Part shown: positions 30,101 through 42,900 of the stretch, in pieces
Layout: every line of letters begins with the position of its first letter
How positions within the stretch are numbered: position 1 is the stretch's first letter
Source: Paraspadella gotoi
Lineage: Eukaryota; Animalia; Chaetognatha
NCBI GenBank assembly: GCA_051294375.1
Contig: CM119269.1
Coordinates: 20,254,814 to 20,318,813 of the forward strand
Length of the DNA: 64,000 nt
Reading direction: 5' to 3'
The notes under the pieces: generated by a model
Seen by the model: the letters and a program-made list of their open reading frames with translations, nothing else
Databases searched by the model: none
Told to the model about the DNA's origin: nothing
Translations under genes and position numbers: made by a program

Positions 30101-33100
30101 TGCCCAAACAAGATCCACGAGGTACTTTTACCAGGAATAGAATATTACAGATGAATTTGCTAGAGGGAATGAATTTGCAGAGGAATGAATTTGTCAACGG
30201 AATGAATTTTGCATAGTAATGAATTTGCACAGGAATATACAGAATATTGCACAGGAATGATTTTTTGCATAGGAATGAAATTTGCACAGGAAATAAATTT
30301 GCACAGGAATACATTTGTAACAATAATTTATTCTGTGCAAATATTTTTCATATTCCTGTAAAAATTTATTCCTGGTGCAAATTATTACTATCTTCCTCTG
30401 CATTTCACTTTTCTGTCAAATTCATCCTAGTGCAAATTTATTCCTGTGCAATTCAATCTGGTTCAAATTCCATTATCTGGTGCACAATTTCCTACTGTGC
30501 AAAATTCAATCCTTTGCAAATCATTCCTGTACAAATCATTCCTGTGCAAAATCTCATTCTGTACAAAATTCATTCTCTGTGCAAAATTCATTCCTGGCAA
30601 ATTCAATCCTGTAGCATTCTTCCATTACAATTTGTAAAAAATTCCTGTTTACAATTAATTCTGTGCAAATTATTTTCTTTTAAAAAAATGTAGTTCTACA
30701 CAAATTCCCATCTTGGTGAAAATTCCATTTTGTACATAAAGCATTCTTGTGCATATGCATTCCTGTGCAAATGAATTCCTGTGAAAATGTTTCCTGCAAA
30801 TGATTTCTTGTTCAAATTTTTTCTGTGCAATTCATTTCAGTAAGCAAGAGTTCCCTTTGCTAAAGTATAAGTTACAATGTATTCCTCGTGGAATTCCAAC
30901 GGCGAGAATTTTTACCAATTCCATTGCACACAGGTCGAATTTCAGGGTTTGAGATATTATCGCAACATCCTGTACATATGCCTATCCTGTACAAATTTGT
31001 TCCTGTGCAAATTGTTCTGGCAATACATTCCTGGCAATGTTTCCTTTGCAAATTCATCAGTTGCAAAGTTATCCATTTTTCATTTTTGTTTTCTGTGCAA
31101 ATGTATTCCTGTACAATGTATTCCTGTGTAAATTTGTTCTTGTGCAAATGTGTTCCTGTGCAAATGCATCCTGTGCAAATTGTTCCTGTGCAAATGTGTT
31201 ACTGTGCAAGACATTCCTGTGCATGTATCGTGCAATATTTTCCTGTGAAATATATTCCTGTGCAAATGAATTTTCCTGTTGGAAAATCTTCACTTCAGTT
31301 GCAAGAGTTATCCTTTTTCCAATGTTTTCTGTCAATATGTATATTACTGTACAAATGTATTCCTGTGCAATGTGTGGGTCCCCTGTGCAAAATGCATTCC
31401 TGTGCAAATTATCCCTATCCTGTGTGTGCGCAAATAATTCCTGTGCAAATGTAGTGTGCAATATTTCCTTCAAATGTATTCTGTGCAAATTTTTCCTGTG
31501 CAAATTCATTCAGTGCCAAAGTTATCCCTTTTTATTCCAAATGTTTTCTGTGCAAATGTATTAACGTGGTACAAATGTCTTTCCTGTGAATTTGTTCAAG
31601 TGAATGTGTCCTGTGCAAATGCCATTTCCAGTGCAAATTGTTCCTTTTTGTGCAAATGTATTCCTGAGCAAATATGAAATGTATTTCGTCAAATTGGCAA
31701 AAATTCACTGTGGACAAATGATTATTCCTGTGCAAATGTTGTATCCTGTCAAATGTTGTCCTGTGCAAAAACATTTTTTTGAAATGCATTTCCTGTACAT
31801 ATTTCATTCCTGAGCCATCATTCTTTGTACAATATTATTCCTATGCCAATTCATTCCTATGCACAATTTATTCCTGTGCAAATTTCATTCCTGTCAAATA
31901 TATTCCTGTGCAAATTTATTATCTGTAACAAATTCATTCCTAGTGCAAATTTAATCCTGTGCCAAATTAAAAATCCTGGCAAATCTTCCATTACAATGTA
32001 TTCCTTTCCCAATATTCCTGTCCAAATTATTTCTTTCAAAAAAATTATTCCCGTGCAAATTATAACTGTAAAATTCATTCCTGTGCTATTCATTCCTGTG
32101 CAAGAATGATTTTGCACAGAATGATTTTGCAATGAATGATTTGCACTGGAATAATTTGCCAGGAATGAATAAGGGTGAAATTAGGCAAAGCTTTTCTTAA
32201 ATAGGTATTATATTTTTGGTTTACCTAGTATTAACTGAATAAAAGTAGGCAATTTTAATTGAGGAAAGATCTTTAAAACTAAGATATAACTGATAAACTT
32301 TATGATCTAATTTGCCTAAGATTTAAAAGGGAAAAGGTTATCTTTAATAATTGAAGCCAAATGATATTAAATTAAATATTTAGTCTATTATTCTATTTAG
32401 TCTACCTTGTGTTGTATAGATCTCCTCTATTTCCAGAAGACAACACAGACCTCCCCTCCCAAAAAGAGTATTAGATATATAAGCAAATAATGTTTTAAAA
32501 AGTAATATATATAATTAAATAATATAGTTTTAATAGTAAATATTCATAATATATATAAGATAGTGAAACGAGTAATTTGAAATTTCATATAAAATTTAAA
32601 ATAACAAAATATGATATTTTTTGGTATATTTTAAATAAAATATTTATCAAATTAAAACTTTAATTTGCTAACATTGAAATCAATTATTTTTAGCCCAAAT
32701 ATTTTAAATAAGATAAAAAAATTTATAAAAAAAAAATAATAGCTAAAAATATATTTGGTTTTGGTGTTTGGTGTTTTGGGTGATAGGGGTTGGGAGTCTA
32801 TTTATATTGTTTTTTAATTTAAAACATTTTTCAGTATGCTCAATATTATTTTTACTTTGAGTCAAAATCTTGTTAATGATAAAAAAATAGAAGGAAAATT
32901 TTTTAGATTTTTTTTTATTTGAAAATCATATCCAGAGGATATTTACTTTCATATCGAGCTCGAAATTTTTTAATTATAATCAGCTGGGAATTATTGATAT
33001 CATATAATTCTGTAAATAATCAATTAGTTTTGACATTCTAAATAAGATACAAACATTTTGGGCACTTGAGTCTTGTGTACATTTTACATCATCTTTGATC

Positions 33101-36100
33101 GAGGTTTTAATCTTGTCATCATATCAGGATACAACTGAATACCTTACATTGAAAATCTCTTTAAATGTATGCATCCTATGTTATTACTAATTTCTTTATT
33201 ATCTGTTATTTTTTTATTTATCATGAATTTAATCTTCTTAATAATTTTATTGGTTCTGGTCTGTATTTCCAAGTATTTTACTACTTAATGCTGATACTCA
33301 TAAAAAAATTCATGCCATCTGGGAAAAGTATTTTTGAGGCTTAAAATATTAGTAATACAAATTGAAAATATAGTTTAAAAGAAATTAAAACAATAAAAGA
33401 AATATATGTTTTTATTTATCTTAAAAATAATATAAGACAAAATATTTTGATTCAGAAATTGTCCTATCTTAATTAAAAATATTTCTTTACCTAGGCAATA
33501 TCAGTAACACTTTGCTCACTGGCAATGCTCAGTTAAATCAACAAAATATTACCTAAGTTCACCCCTTAGAAGAATTTGGTAGAGGAATGAATTTGAAAAG
33601 AAGGAATTTGCACAGTAATATTTGCACAGGAATGAATTGCACAGAATAAATTTGCACGGAATACTTTTTGAACGGAACAAATTTTCACAGGATTTGAATT
33701 TTGAACGGAACATAATTTGCACAGGATAATTCACAGGAATACATTGTAAAGAAAGAATTTGCACAGCATGAATTTGAACAGGAACAATTTGCACTGGAAT
33801 GAATTGCACAGAATAAATTTGCACAGAATGAATTTGCACAGAAATTAGTTTGCATAAGATACATCGTAAAAGAAATAATTGTACAGAATTAATTTGCACA
33901 GGAATACATTTGTAACAGGAATATTTGCACGGGTTGAATTTGCACAGTAATGAATTTGCACGAATGTTTGTAAGGAATAAATTTGAAAAGAATGCCTTTG
34001 CCAGGAATACTTTTGCTCTGGAAACTTTTAGCAAAGGGATAAGTTATACAACAAATGAATTTGCACAGGATTGAATTTGCCAAGGAATGAATTTTGCACA
34101 AGAATGTATTTACACTGGAATAATCTCACAGGATTGAATTTTCACACAATGAATTTGTAGAGGAATAATTTTGCACAGGAATGAATGCATAGGAAGAATT
34201 TGCACAGGAAAATTTACACAGGAATACAATTGCACACTAATGAATTTGCATAGGAATGAATTGCCACAGGAATAAATTGCACAGGAATAGCATTTGCACA
34301 AAAATTTATTCCTGTGCAAATTCATTCCTGTTAAAATTTATTCTGTGCAATTTTTTTCTCTGCAAATCATTCCTGTGCAAATCAATCCTGTGCAAATTTA
34401 TTCGCTGTGCAAATCAATCTGGTTTCAAATTCATTTCTGGGCAAATTCCTCTTGTGCAAATTCCAATCCTGTGCAAATTCATCTGTGCAAATCAATCCTG
34501 TGAAATTTATTCCTGTCAATTATCCCTCTAATTATGTCCATCCTGTGCAAATTTATTCCTATGCTAATCATTCCTGTGCAAATTCATTCCTGTGCAATTC
34601 TTCCTTTTCAAATTGTATTACTGCGCATTTTTATAGCTAAGTATAGTTAATATAGTTGATAAGTAGGAGGTTAGGGTTAAGTGGGAGGTTAGGGATCATA
34701 TCGGTATCAGGTTACGAATTATGTAGGTTAGGGTTAAAGGTTAGGAACTAGGGTAAGGTAGGGTCAGAATTAACATTAGGGATAAAGCTAGTTAATTTCA
34801 GAATTAGGCTAAGGATTTGAGATTAGGTTTTGGATTAGTATGATTATATATTAAAAATATTTAAGGTTAAATATTTTGAAAATTGCCGAATTTTTATATT
34901 AAGTTATTAACTGAAAACATTTAATACTCTAATAATCTCAGGTTTAAATATTATTATTGTAACTGGTAGAGCCTTCCTTTGATTCTAAAGTATTGTTTCT
35001 AACCCTGTTAATTTTTTTTTTAATCTAATCTAAAACGTTCGATTCCCGCGGTAGTATTGTTTAAAAATTTAAGATTTTTAAAAAGTAGTCGCCAATAGAT
35101 AATAAACCTACTAAATTGGTACTTAATAAAGAAGAAATTTAAAAAATAAAAATAATTATAAAATTTTTGGAGAGTCTTTTAAACCCAAGCGTAATTCAGT
35201 AAAAGGGTTATGGTTAAATAAATTAGAATATGTTAAGTATAATAACGTTGTATTCTTGGTAACTTGGTAAAAGGCCTTCCTTTTGATTAGGAAGGTTGCT
35301 GGTTCTAACCCTGTGAACGTTTTTATTTTTATAATGCCAAAAGCTGGACGTTCGATTCCATGGTAGTATTTTTAAAAAAATTCAAACAAAAAAATTATAT
35401 AAATAATAATATTGATATTATAAGAAGAGGTGCCAATAGATATAAACATAATAAATTGTATAGCCAGAAATAAAAATTATGATGTATTTAGGATTTCCTT
35501 TACGCTTTTTTAAAATCTTCATTCAAATTATAAAACTTAAAAAAAACTAAAAAACCAAATAGTATCACTTTTTATATATGTTTGGTATTTGTTTTGATGC
35601 TGACGTTTTTTGTCTTTCAAATATATAGTCAAAAATAGGGCGCCAAAAATATTCTAAAAAACTATTAAATAGTTTCTCTTTCTAACAAACTAAAAACTTC
35701 AAGTGATGAATCAAATTGACATTTTACTAGCCAATAAAAAACTATCTTTTTGTTGGTAACTGTAACAAGCCTTCTTTTAATTGAAAAACATGAAGGGAGC
35801 TGGTTCAAACCCTGTGACCGTTCTCATTTTTTTTTATGCCAAAGCTTTAAACGTCCGATTCCCGTCATAAAGTATATTTTTAAAATTAAGCAGAAAAAAA
35901 AATATAATAAATAATAAATGATAAATATATTAAGAATAGCGGGCATAATTACTTAACCTAATCAATTGTATACCAAAATAGAAATATGGTAGCATTTATG
36001 ATATTTCTCCTTTACACCTTTTAATAAAATCATCATTAAAATAGTAAAACTTTTTAAAAACTAATAATCCCAAATGGTATCACTTTTAATATAGGTTTGT

Positions 36101-36848
36101 ATTCATTTTGATGCTGACGTTTTGGTCTTTCAGAATTATATTGTCAAAAATAAGGCCGCCAAAAATACTTCTACACACTATAAAATAGTTGTCTTTTCAT
36201 ACAAACTCAAACTAAATGTAAAGTCATCATTCAAAATATAAAACTTTAAAAAAACCTAAAAAATCGCCAAATGATATCATTTATATGTGTTTGTATTCAT
36301 TTTATGCGGACGTTTTGGTCTTTCAGAATATATTGTCAAAAAAGGGGCGCCGAAAAATTCTAAAAACATTTATTAAAATAGTTCTTCTCATACAAACTCA
36401 AAACTTAATGATGGAATCAAATTGTACTTTTTTCTAACCAATAAAATATCGGTCACTCAGTATCAAAATTTTCGACCAATAGAAGTCTCGTCACACTCTG
36501 TCGCAGCAACGGTCACAAATGTCGCATCAAAAGTGACATGTTCCGCAAAGCGTGTCACAGTCGGTCACATCAGAAAGGAAGATTTGGTGTGGACGTCACG
36601 ATGGAAGGAAGATATTGTTGACATGTCACTCACGGTCACCAACTTTCCAGCCAAGTCAGTTCCGCATCATAAGAAGGAAAATAATATTCATTCCTTCTTT
36701 CTTTCTTGTCTTTCTTTCTTTCTTTCTTCTTGTCTTTCTTTCTTCTTTCTTTCTTCATTCTTTTCTATTTTCAGCTTTCTTATTATTTTTCTTCTTTTTT
36801 TTTTAGACGTTCCTCCTCGTCTCTCTCTCTCTCTCTCTCCTCTCTCGT

Positions 36849-36933
<85 letters not shown>

Positions 36934-39900
36934 CTCTCTCTCTCCTCTCCTCTCTCTTTCTCCTTATCTTATTTCTTCTTTTACACATTCTCTCTCTCTC
37001 TCTCCAACTTCTCCTCCACCTTCATGTTTTGCTACCCGTTACCGATGGCGTTTTCTTAAAGCGCTCCCGTCGTTCTCCGTCCTCGTATCCTTCCCGAAAT
37101 ACTGATCAACAAACTTGAAGCAAATTCTCCCAAGCGTCTCGCGTCTGTTCGTCTATTGTGCCCAGCGCTCGGTCGAGCAGTGGCGGAGAGTACGTGCAGA
37201 GCTTCGTCAGGTCCTGATCGGAAAAAGTAATTGATAGATTTCGCTCGCTCTGTATCTCTCTCTCTCTCTCTCCTCTCTCTTCTCTCTCTCTCTCTCTCTC
37301 TCTCTGACTAGAACCAAATCCGAAAACTCGATCCCAAACCTTTTCATTAATATTTTTATATTTTGGATAAGAATGACTGATAATGTAAATTCTTAAGTTA
37401 CGGTCAAATTGGCCCATGGGTTTTAGAAAGAAATCGACCCAAAAAAACCAAAATTCCTCTCCCTTTTTTCAACATTCTCGCCTTTTAAGATTTTCGGCCG
37501 ATCTGACTTCCTTCTACAACTTATAATTCCGCTAGTTAATTTTTTTTCCTTATAAGGAGCGAAAGATCACAAGACTTTCTAATCTTTATAATTCTAGGCT
37601 AAAAAAATATAATACATTATTTTAACATTGGGATATTGTAAAAGTGTAATGACTTGTGAAGCCTGTGAAAGTTGAGTAATTAAAAAAATTGCCTATTTTA
37701 TTATTAAAAACTGACATTAAAGTGAAGAAGTTGAACATCTTCTGGCTCCTTTCAGTAAACATCCCTGTTCTCTAAAATAAGATAATGTTTACTTTTTGCT
37801 GGTGGAAAAGAAAGATAAATACTTAGACTGTGATGGGGTGAATAATATTTTGTAGAATTTTGTAAGCATGCTTGTAAAATCAGACAAGCAATTATTTAAG
37901 TGACGAACAGACAGAATGACAGAGACCTCGGCTTTGATATTCCTTGAGTAGTGAAGGAATCCCTGACTCTTGATTGCAAAGATGAATTCGTCGTAGTCGC
38001 CGTCACACAGGAGGGTGATGATCTCGTCCAACTGGACGATCAACTTGGTCGCATGGACCCACATACGCTCCGACCTCGAGGATGATGTAACGATCTTTAA
38101 AGTCTTACCAAGTCACAGAATCACTTTTTCACTTTTTTTTTTCTGATCCTTGAATGACAAATCCTATTAATATCATCTCACTCCCCTGCTAATACCTTCT
38201 TACTAGATTAATAGATTAATAGATAAATATAATCTCACTTCCCTGCTAATACCTTCTTACCTTTTCGTAACTAATTTCGCTTCGATAATTTAACTTTCTC
38301 TCATATCACTTTCCACCTCCTACCTCACTTTCCCTCAAATCGCTTCACCTCCTACCTCACTTTCTCAGTTATATCTCTTTCCAGCCGGACTTACCTCACT
38401 TTCTCTCATATCGCTTCACCTCCTACCTCACTTTCTCTTCATATCACTTTCCAACCTCCTACCTCACTTTCTCCTCATATCACTTTTCCACCTCTACCAC
38501 TTTCTCTCATATCACTTTCACACTTACCTCACTTTCTCTCAAATCACTTCCACCTCCTACCTCATTCTCTCATTATCACTTCCACCTCCTACCTCACTTT
38601 TCTCCTCATATCACTTTCACCTCCTACCTCACTTCTTCTCATATCACTTTCCACCTCCTACCTCACTTTCTCTCATATCGCTTTCTTTTCTACCTCTCTA
38701 TTCTTACTTTCCTCCTCCAAGTAGCACCTTACTTTGTCGAGACTTACCTCAGAGCGTCGAATCCGGACGCTTCCCCGAACTTTTCCCCCTCCTCTGGGAA
38801 CATTGCGAAAAAGTCCTCGAAGATAATGACTCCGAAGTCTTTGATTTCTCGTACTTCCATCCAGGACGAGTAGATCAGTTTTATCTCCCGCAACGTCAGG
38901 TGGCGCCCGGCCGCCCTCTGCTGTTGCCGGCAGCAGCAGCCACAGGCCCCCATGGCGGCACGAAGAGAGAATTTTCCCTTTCCCTTTTACGTATTTATTA
39001 TTGTGGGGGGGTTAATAATGATATTTTTGGTATTCTTCTTCTTATTGTAATACTAGAGCTTTTCTGCTACAATCGTTTCTAGGTTTTTATTATAAGTGCT
39101 ATTTTACGAAAACGTTATCAAATTTACATTTTAAAATTATCTCTTGTTTTTCACTTGTCTTGTTTTTCTAAGTTTTAAAAAAGGTATACTTTATTTTTAG
39201 GCCTGAATCGTTTTGTAATTTGATACATTGCGCGTTTCGTTTAAGTTCACTTTATATCGAAAGAAAAAGAACGTTTTCTTAACCGCGAAAGAACCGAATT
39301 GAAAATCAATAAAAAAACGAGGCGGAGATTTTGACATCCGAGTCCCAAGTTTCCCGATTCGCGACGGAACGAAACGTCGCGACGATGAAGATATCGACAA
39401 AGAAGAATGCGAACGTCTTGCTTTTTTTTTAATGTTTGAAATTAGATAGACGTCGACCTATCAATCAACTGATCAATCAGCCAATCAATCATTTTAATTA
39501 AGAGAGGCAGAGAAAGAAACTTTAATATTGAAAAAGATGTGACCTTTATTTTTTTTTTAATTCAAACTCTTAAATTCGATTCCATCGAAACTTTATATCT
39601 CGCTCAAATTGAGCCTCAATCACACACTTTCCGACTCAGTACCCACACACAAAATTTGATCTCAAACCATCCATTCAATTATGAATTATTTGAATAGTTA
39701 TGTAGGACTAAGCTCCGACGAACAAAGCCCGAGGTTTTTTTTATATATTCTTTATACCGGCCAAGGTAGAATGATGCAATATTGTTAATATTAAGTTTCA
39801 AAAAAACCGACTATAAATATAGAAAATATTAACCAAAATCTTTGGAAAATTCACCCCTTCTTTGGAAGATTTTCGCCATAGAAGATTTTTGCCGAATCTG

Positions 39901-42900
39901 ACTCCCGGTTGAAAACTCTTTAGAATTCCGATCGTTAGCTCCTCTTTTACTTTTACTTTAAATAAAAATTTCACCAAAATGGACTAATTCACTTTTACCA
40001 TGATCGTATCATATCAAAATAACCTAATAAAATGTAAAGAAAAATTTTGAGAGCCCTTCAGACACTTTGCCAAAGATTCCAAAATTGGACCTCATTTGTT
40101 GAACAGGAACATACCTCAGTCATGTTTATATCGTTTTCAAGGAAAAAAATCCCTTTCATTTCTATATAAAATCAGAGATGGAAAATTTTTCGTCCAGAAG
40201 CAGTCTATTTGTTCTGGCTTGTTTGATATCAAGATGTTTATGATTTGACAAGAGAAAAAAATGCGAGCCCTTCAGATGCAACAGGATCAGAATCAAGTGT
40301 TTTTTACATCGAATATTTTACCAGAATTTTTACCAGGAGCGTTTATATTGTTTGGTAGTCAGATTTGAACGAAAATCTCCATTGAAAAAGTCTTCCTCGA
40401 TCTCTAAGAACGACGTAGACTCCTAAGTTATGAGTAAATATAAGTAAACGAATTCAAGTAAATATGACTTTGTTTATTCCATTTAAATTCATTTCAATTC
40501 GCACGATTCCATCCAAACTTTATATCCAAACTTTAGCTCAATCACACACAAAATTTCAAGTCAATCTTGCACTCACGTGTAATTGAGTTTTTTAATTTTC
40601 GCAGTAGGCTATATTTATATATAGTACAATCCTTATAAAATCGAAAAATTTCAAATTAGGCTTTTCTTAATTTTGATTGCAGATTTGAATTCCTCGTCAA
40701 AAGTTGATAAAAGAAAATATAGATCGTTTTTAAAAATTATTTTATTAAGTGGTTAAAATTTAAAAAACTATATTTAATATATAAAAAGTTAATTTTCAGC
40801 TTAAACTATAGCTTTTTCTAATTTTTGACCCACTTAATGAAGGAATTTTTCAAAAAGAGTTATATTTCTTTTTATCAACTTTTTATGACAAATCCAAATC
40901 TGCAAAAAAAATCTTTAAAAAAACTGTTTTGAAATTTTAACATTTATTGGTTTAGTACTAGTATAAATATGGCCTACTGCGTTAATTGTAAATTTATTAT
41001 AAATTTTTTATTACATAAATGTTTATTAGTATAATGTTGTTCGTTCCTCACTTTTAGAATTTTAATTAAAGTTAAATTTAGGAATTTTACTACGCCTTAC
41101 TGCTAGGCGGCACCGGGCTAGAACCCCGGACCTTTGGGTTGGGAGGCAAATGACTTGCCTCCGGCACCAATGGCACTGATGAGGTTGGTGGATTTAAGTC
41201 CACCATACTAACAATTAATTTTACCATTTTTTAAAATTTATCCTTTCATTAATTAATTTTTGCTTTTCTCCTCGGCTTCATTTCTTTCTTTTTTTTCTTC
41301 TAACTCTTTATTTCTTCAACTTTATATCTCGCTCAAATTGAGCCTCAATCACACACTTTCCGACTCAGTACCCACACACAAAATTTGTCTAAACCATCTC
41401 ATGATTTTAATTAAAATATAAAAATTCCTTAATCCTCAATTCAATTCGATTCCATCCAAACTTTTATATCAACTTTATATCAAACTTTAGCTCAATCACA
41501 CACAAAATTTCAAGTCAATCTTGCACTCACGTTTAATTGAGTTCAAAGCAAAGGGGGACGGACGGACGGACGGACGGATGGACATATAGATGGACAGACA
41601 GACAGACGGATGAACATATGTTTTTTTACATAATTTATCATAATTCCATGCTCTGACATGAAGTGTCTTACCGACAAGATTGTGGTGACGGACCGACGGA
41701 CCGACAAAGTGAAATTATAGAGCCGGAATCTGCTGTAAGTAGATCCGGCTAATAAAAAAATTCAACGATATTCAGTCCAGATTTTCTAAATTTACGGGAA
41801 AAGTTAGGATTCTTAAGGGAACCCAGTGATCGAGGGGGGTCAGGGGGGGTAAAAGGCTGATATCATAACGTTTGGTCCTTCAATCTCCCCCGATTCCAAA
41901 AATGTAATTCTTTCTTCTCTAGTCCAAGGGGAAAGTGGTCAAAAAATTCGATGTTGTCAGCTCGCCTATTTTGTTTAAAAATTCGGTAAGGGGCAAATCT
42001 TTTCCAAGTTTCGATTTTTTCTTTCACGTAAGATGGTATAGAATTTTTTTTTGTTTCCAACTTTACACTAAAAATTATTCGAAAACGAAGGCGAAGACCA
42101 TGACAAAAAATATGACGAAGAAAAGACAACAAAGAATACGGCAGCAAAAAAGAGAGAGAGAAAGAAAGAAAGACTCGGAAAGAGAGAGTTTCAAATTTAA
42201 GCAAGCAGCGGGGATTTAGTACAGATTAATAAGTTAATAATTGACATTTTTATTGTGATTATGACGACGAAAACGACAAAACAATGACAAAAAATACGGC
42301 GAATATGACGAAAAAAAGTTAGAGGAAAACGACGATGAAGAGGAAGACAAAACCGATGACGAAAAAGACAAAGAAGACGAAAACGACGGCGAAGACGACG
42401 AAAAAGATGAAGCCGAAAACAACGAAGACGAAAAACGATGGTGAAGATGACGGCAAAGACGAACTCATAAACACTGTCAATGATTTTTTATTATAAATTT
42501 ATTGACATAGTGGTAATAACCTTTCTTTTTCGTTGTTATGTGTATTAGAAATTTAGAGGCAATTTGGTTTCCTCACCACTTGATCACTATTCTTTCTCAA
42601 CTCTGTGTGGGAAACTTTGCCCTCTCTCTCTCTCTCTCTCCCTTCTTTCACACAAAAAAACTGTCTAACAATTCACAAATTATTTGACGCTGATGAAGGC
42701 TTGCATTCAAAGCCGAAACGTTTTGAAACGTTTCTTTGAAATAAAAATTTGTTGTAAACTGAAACCAAATTGCCTATAAATTTATTATAACGAAAACGAC
42801 AACGAAACGATGAAAACGACGACTAAACGACAAAGAAAACAATACGAAGACGACGACGAAAACGACAACGAAAACGATGAAGACGACAAAAACAACGTAA

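Noticed and set aside
30033-34640. Numerous Cys-rich ORFs
   Set aside because: Products of the 16-bp satellite.
36480-36680. GTCAC/GTGAC-rich patch as a SECIS or Cys-rich exon
   Set aside because: No SECIS stem pairing; stop codons in the Cys-rich frame.
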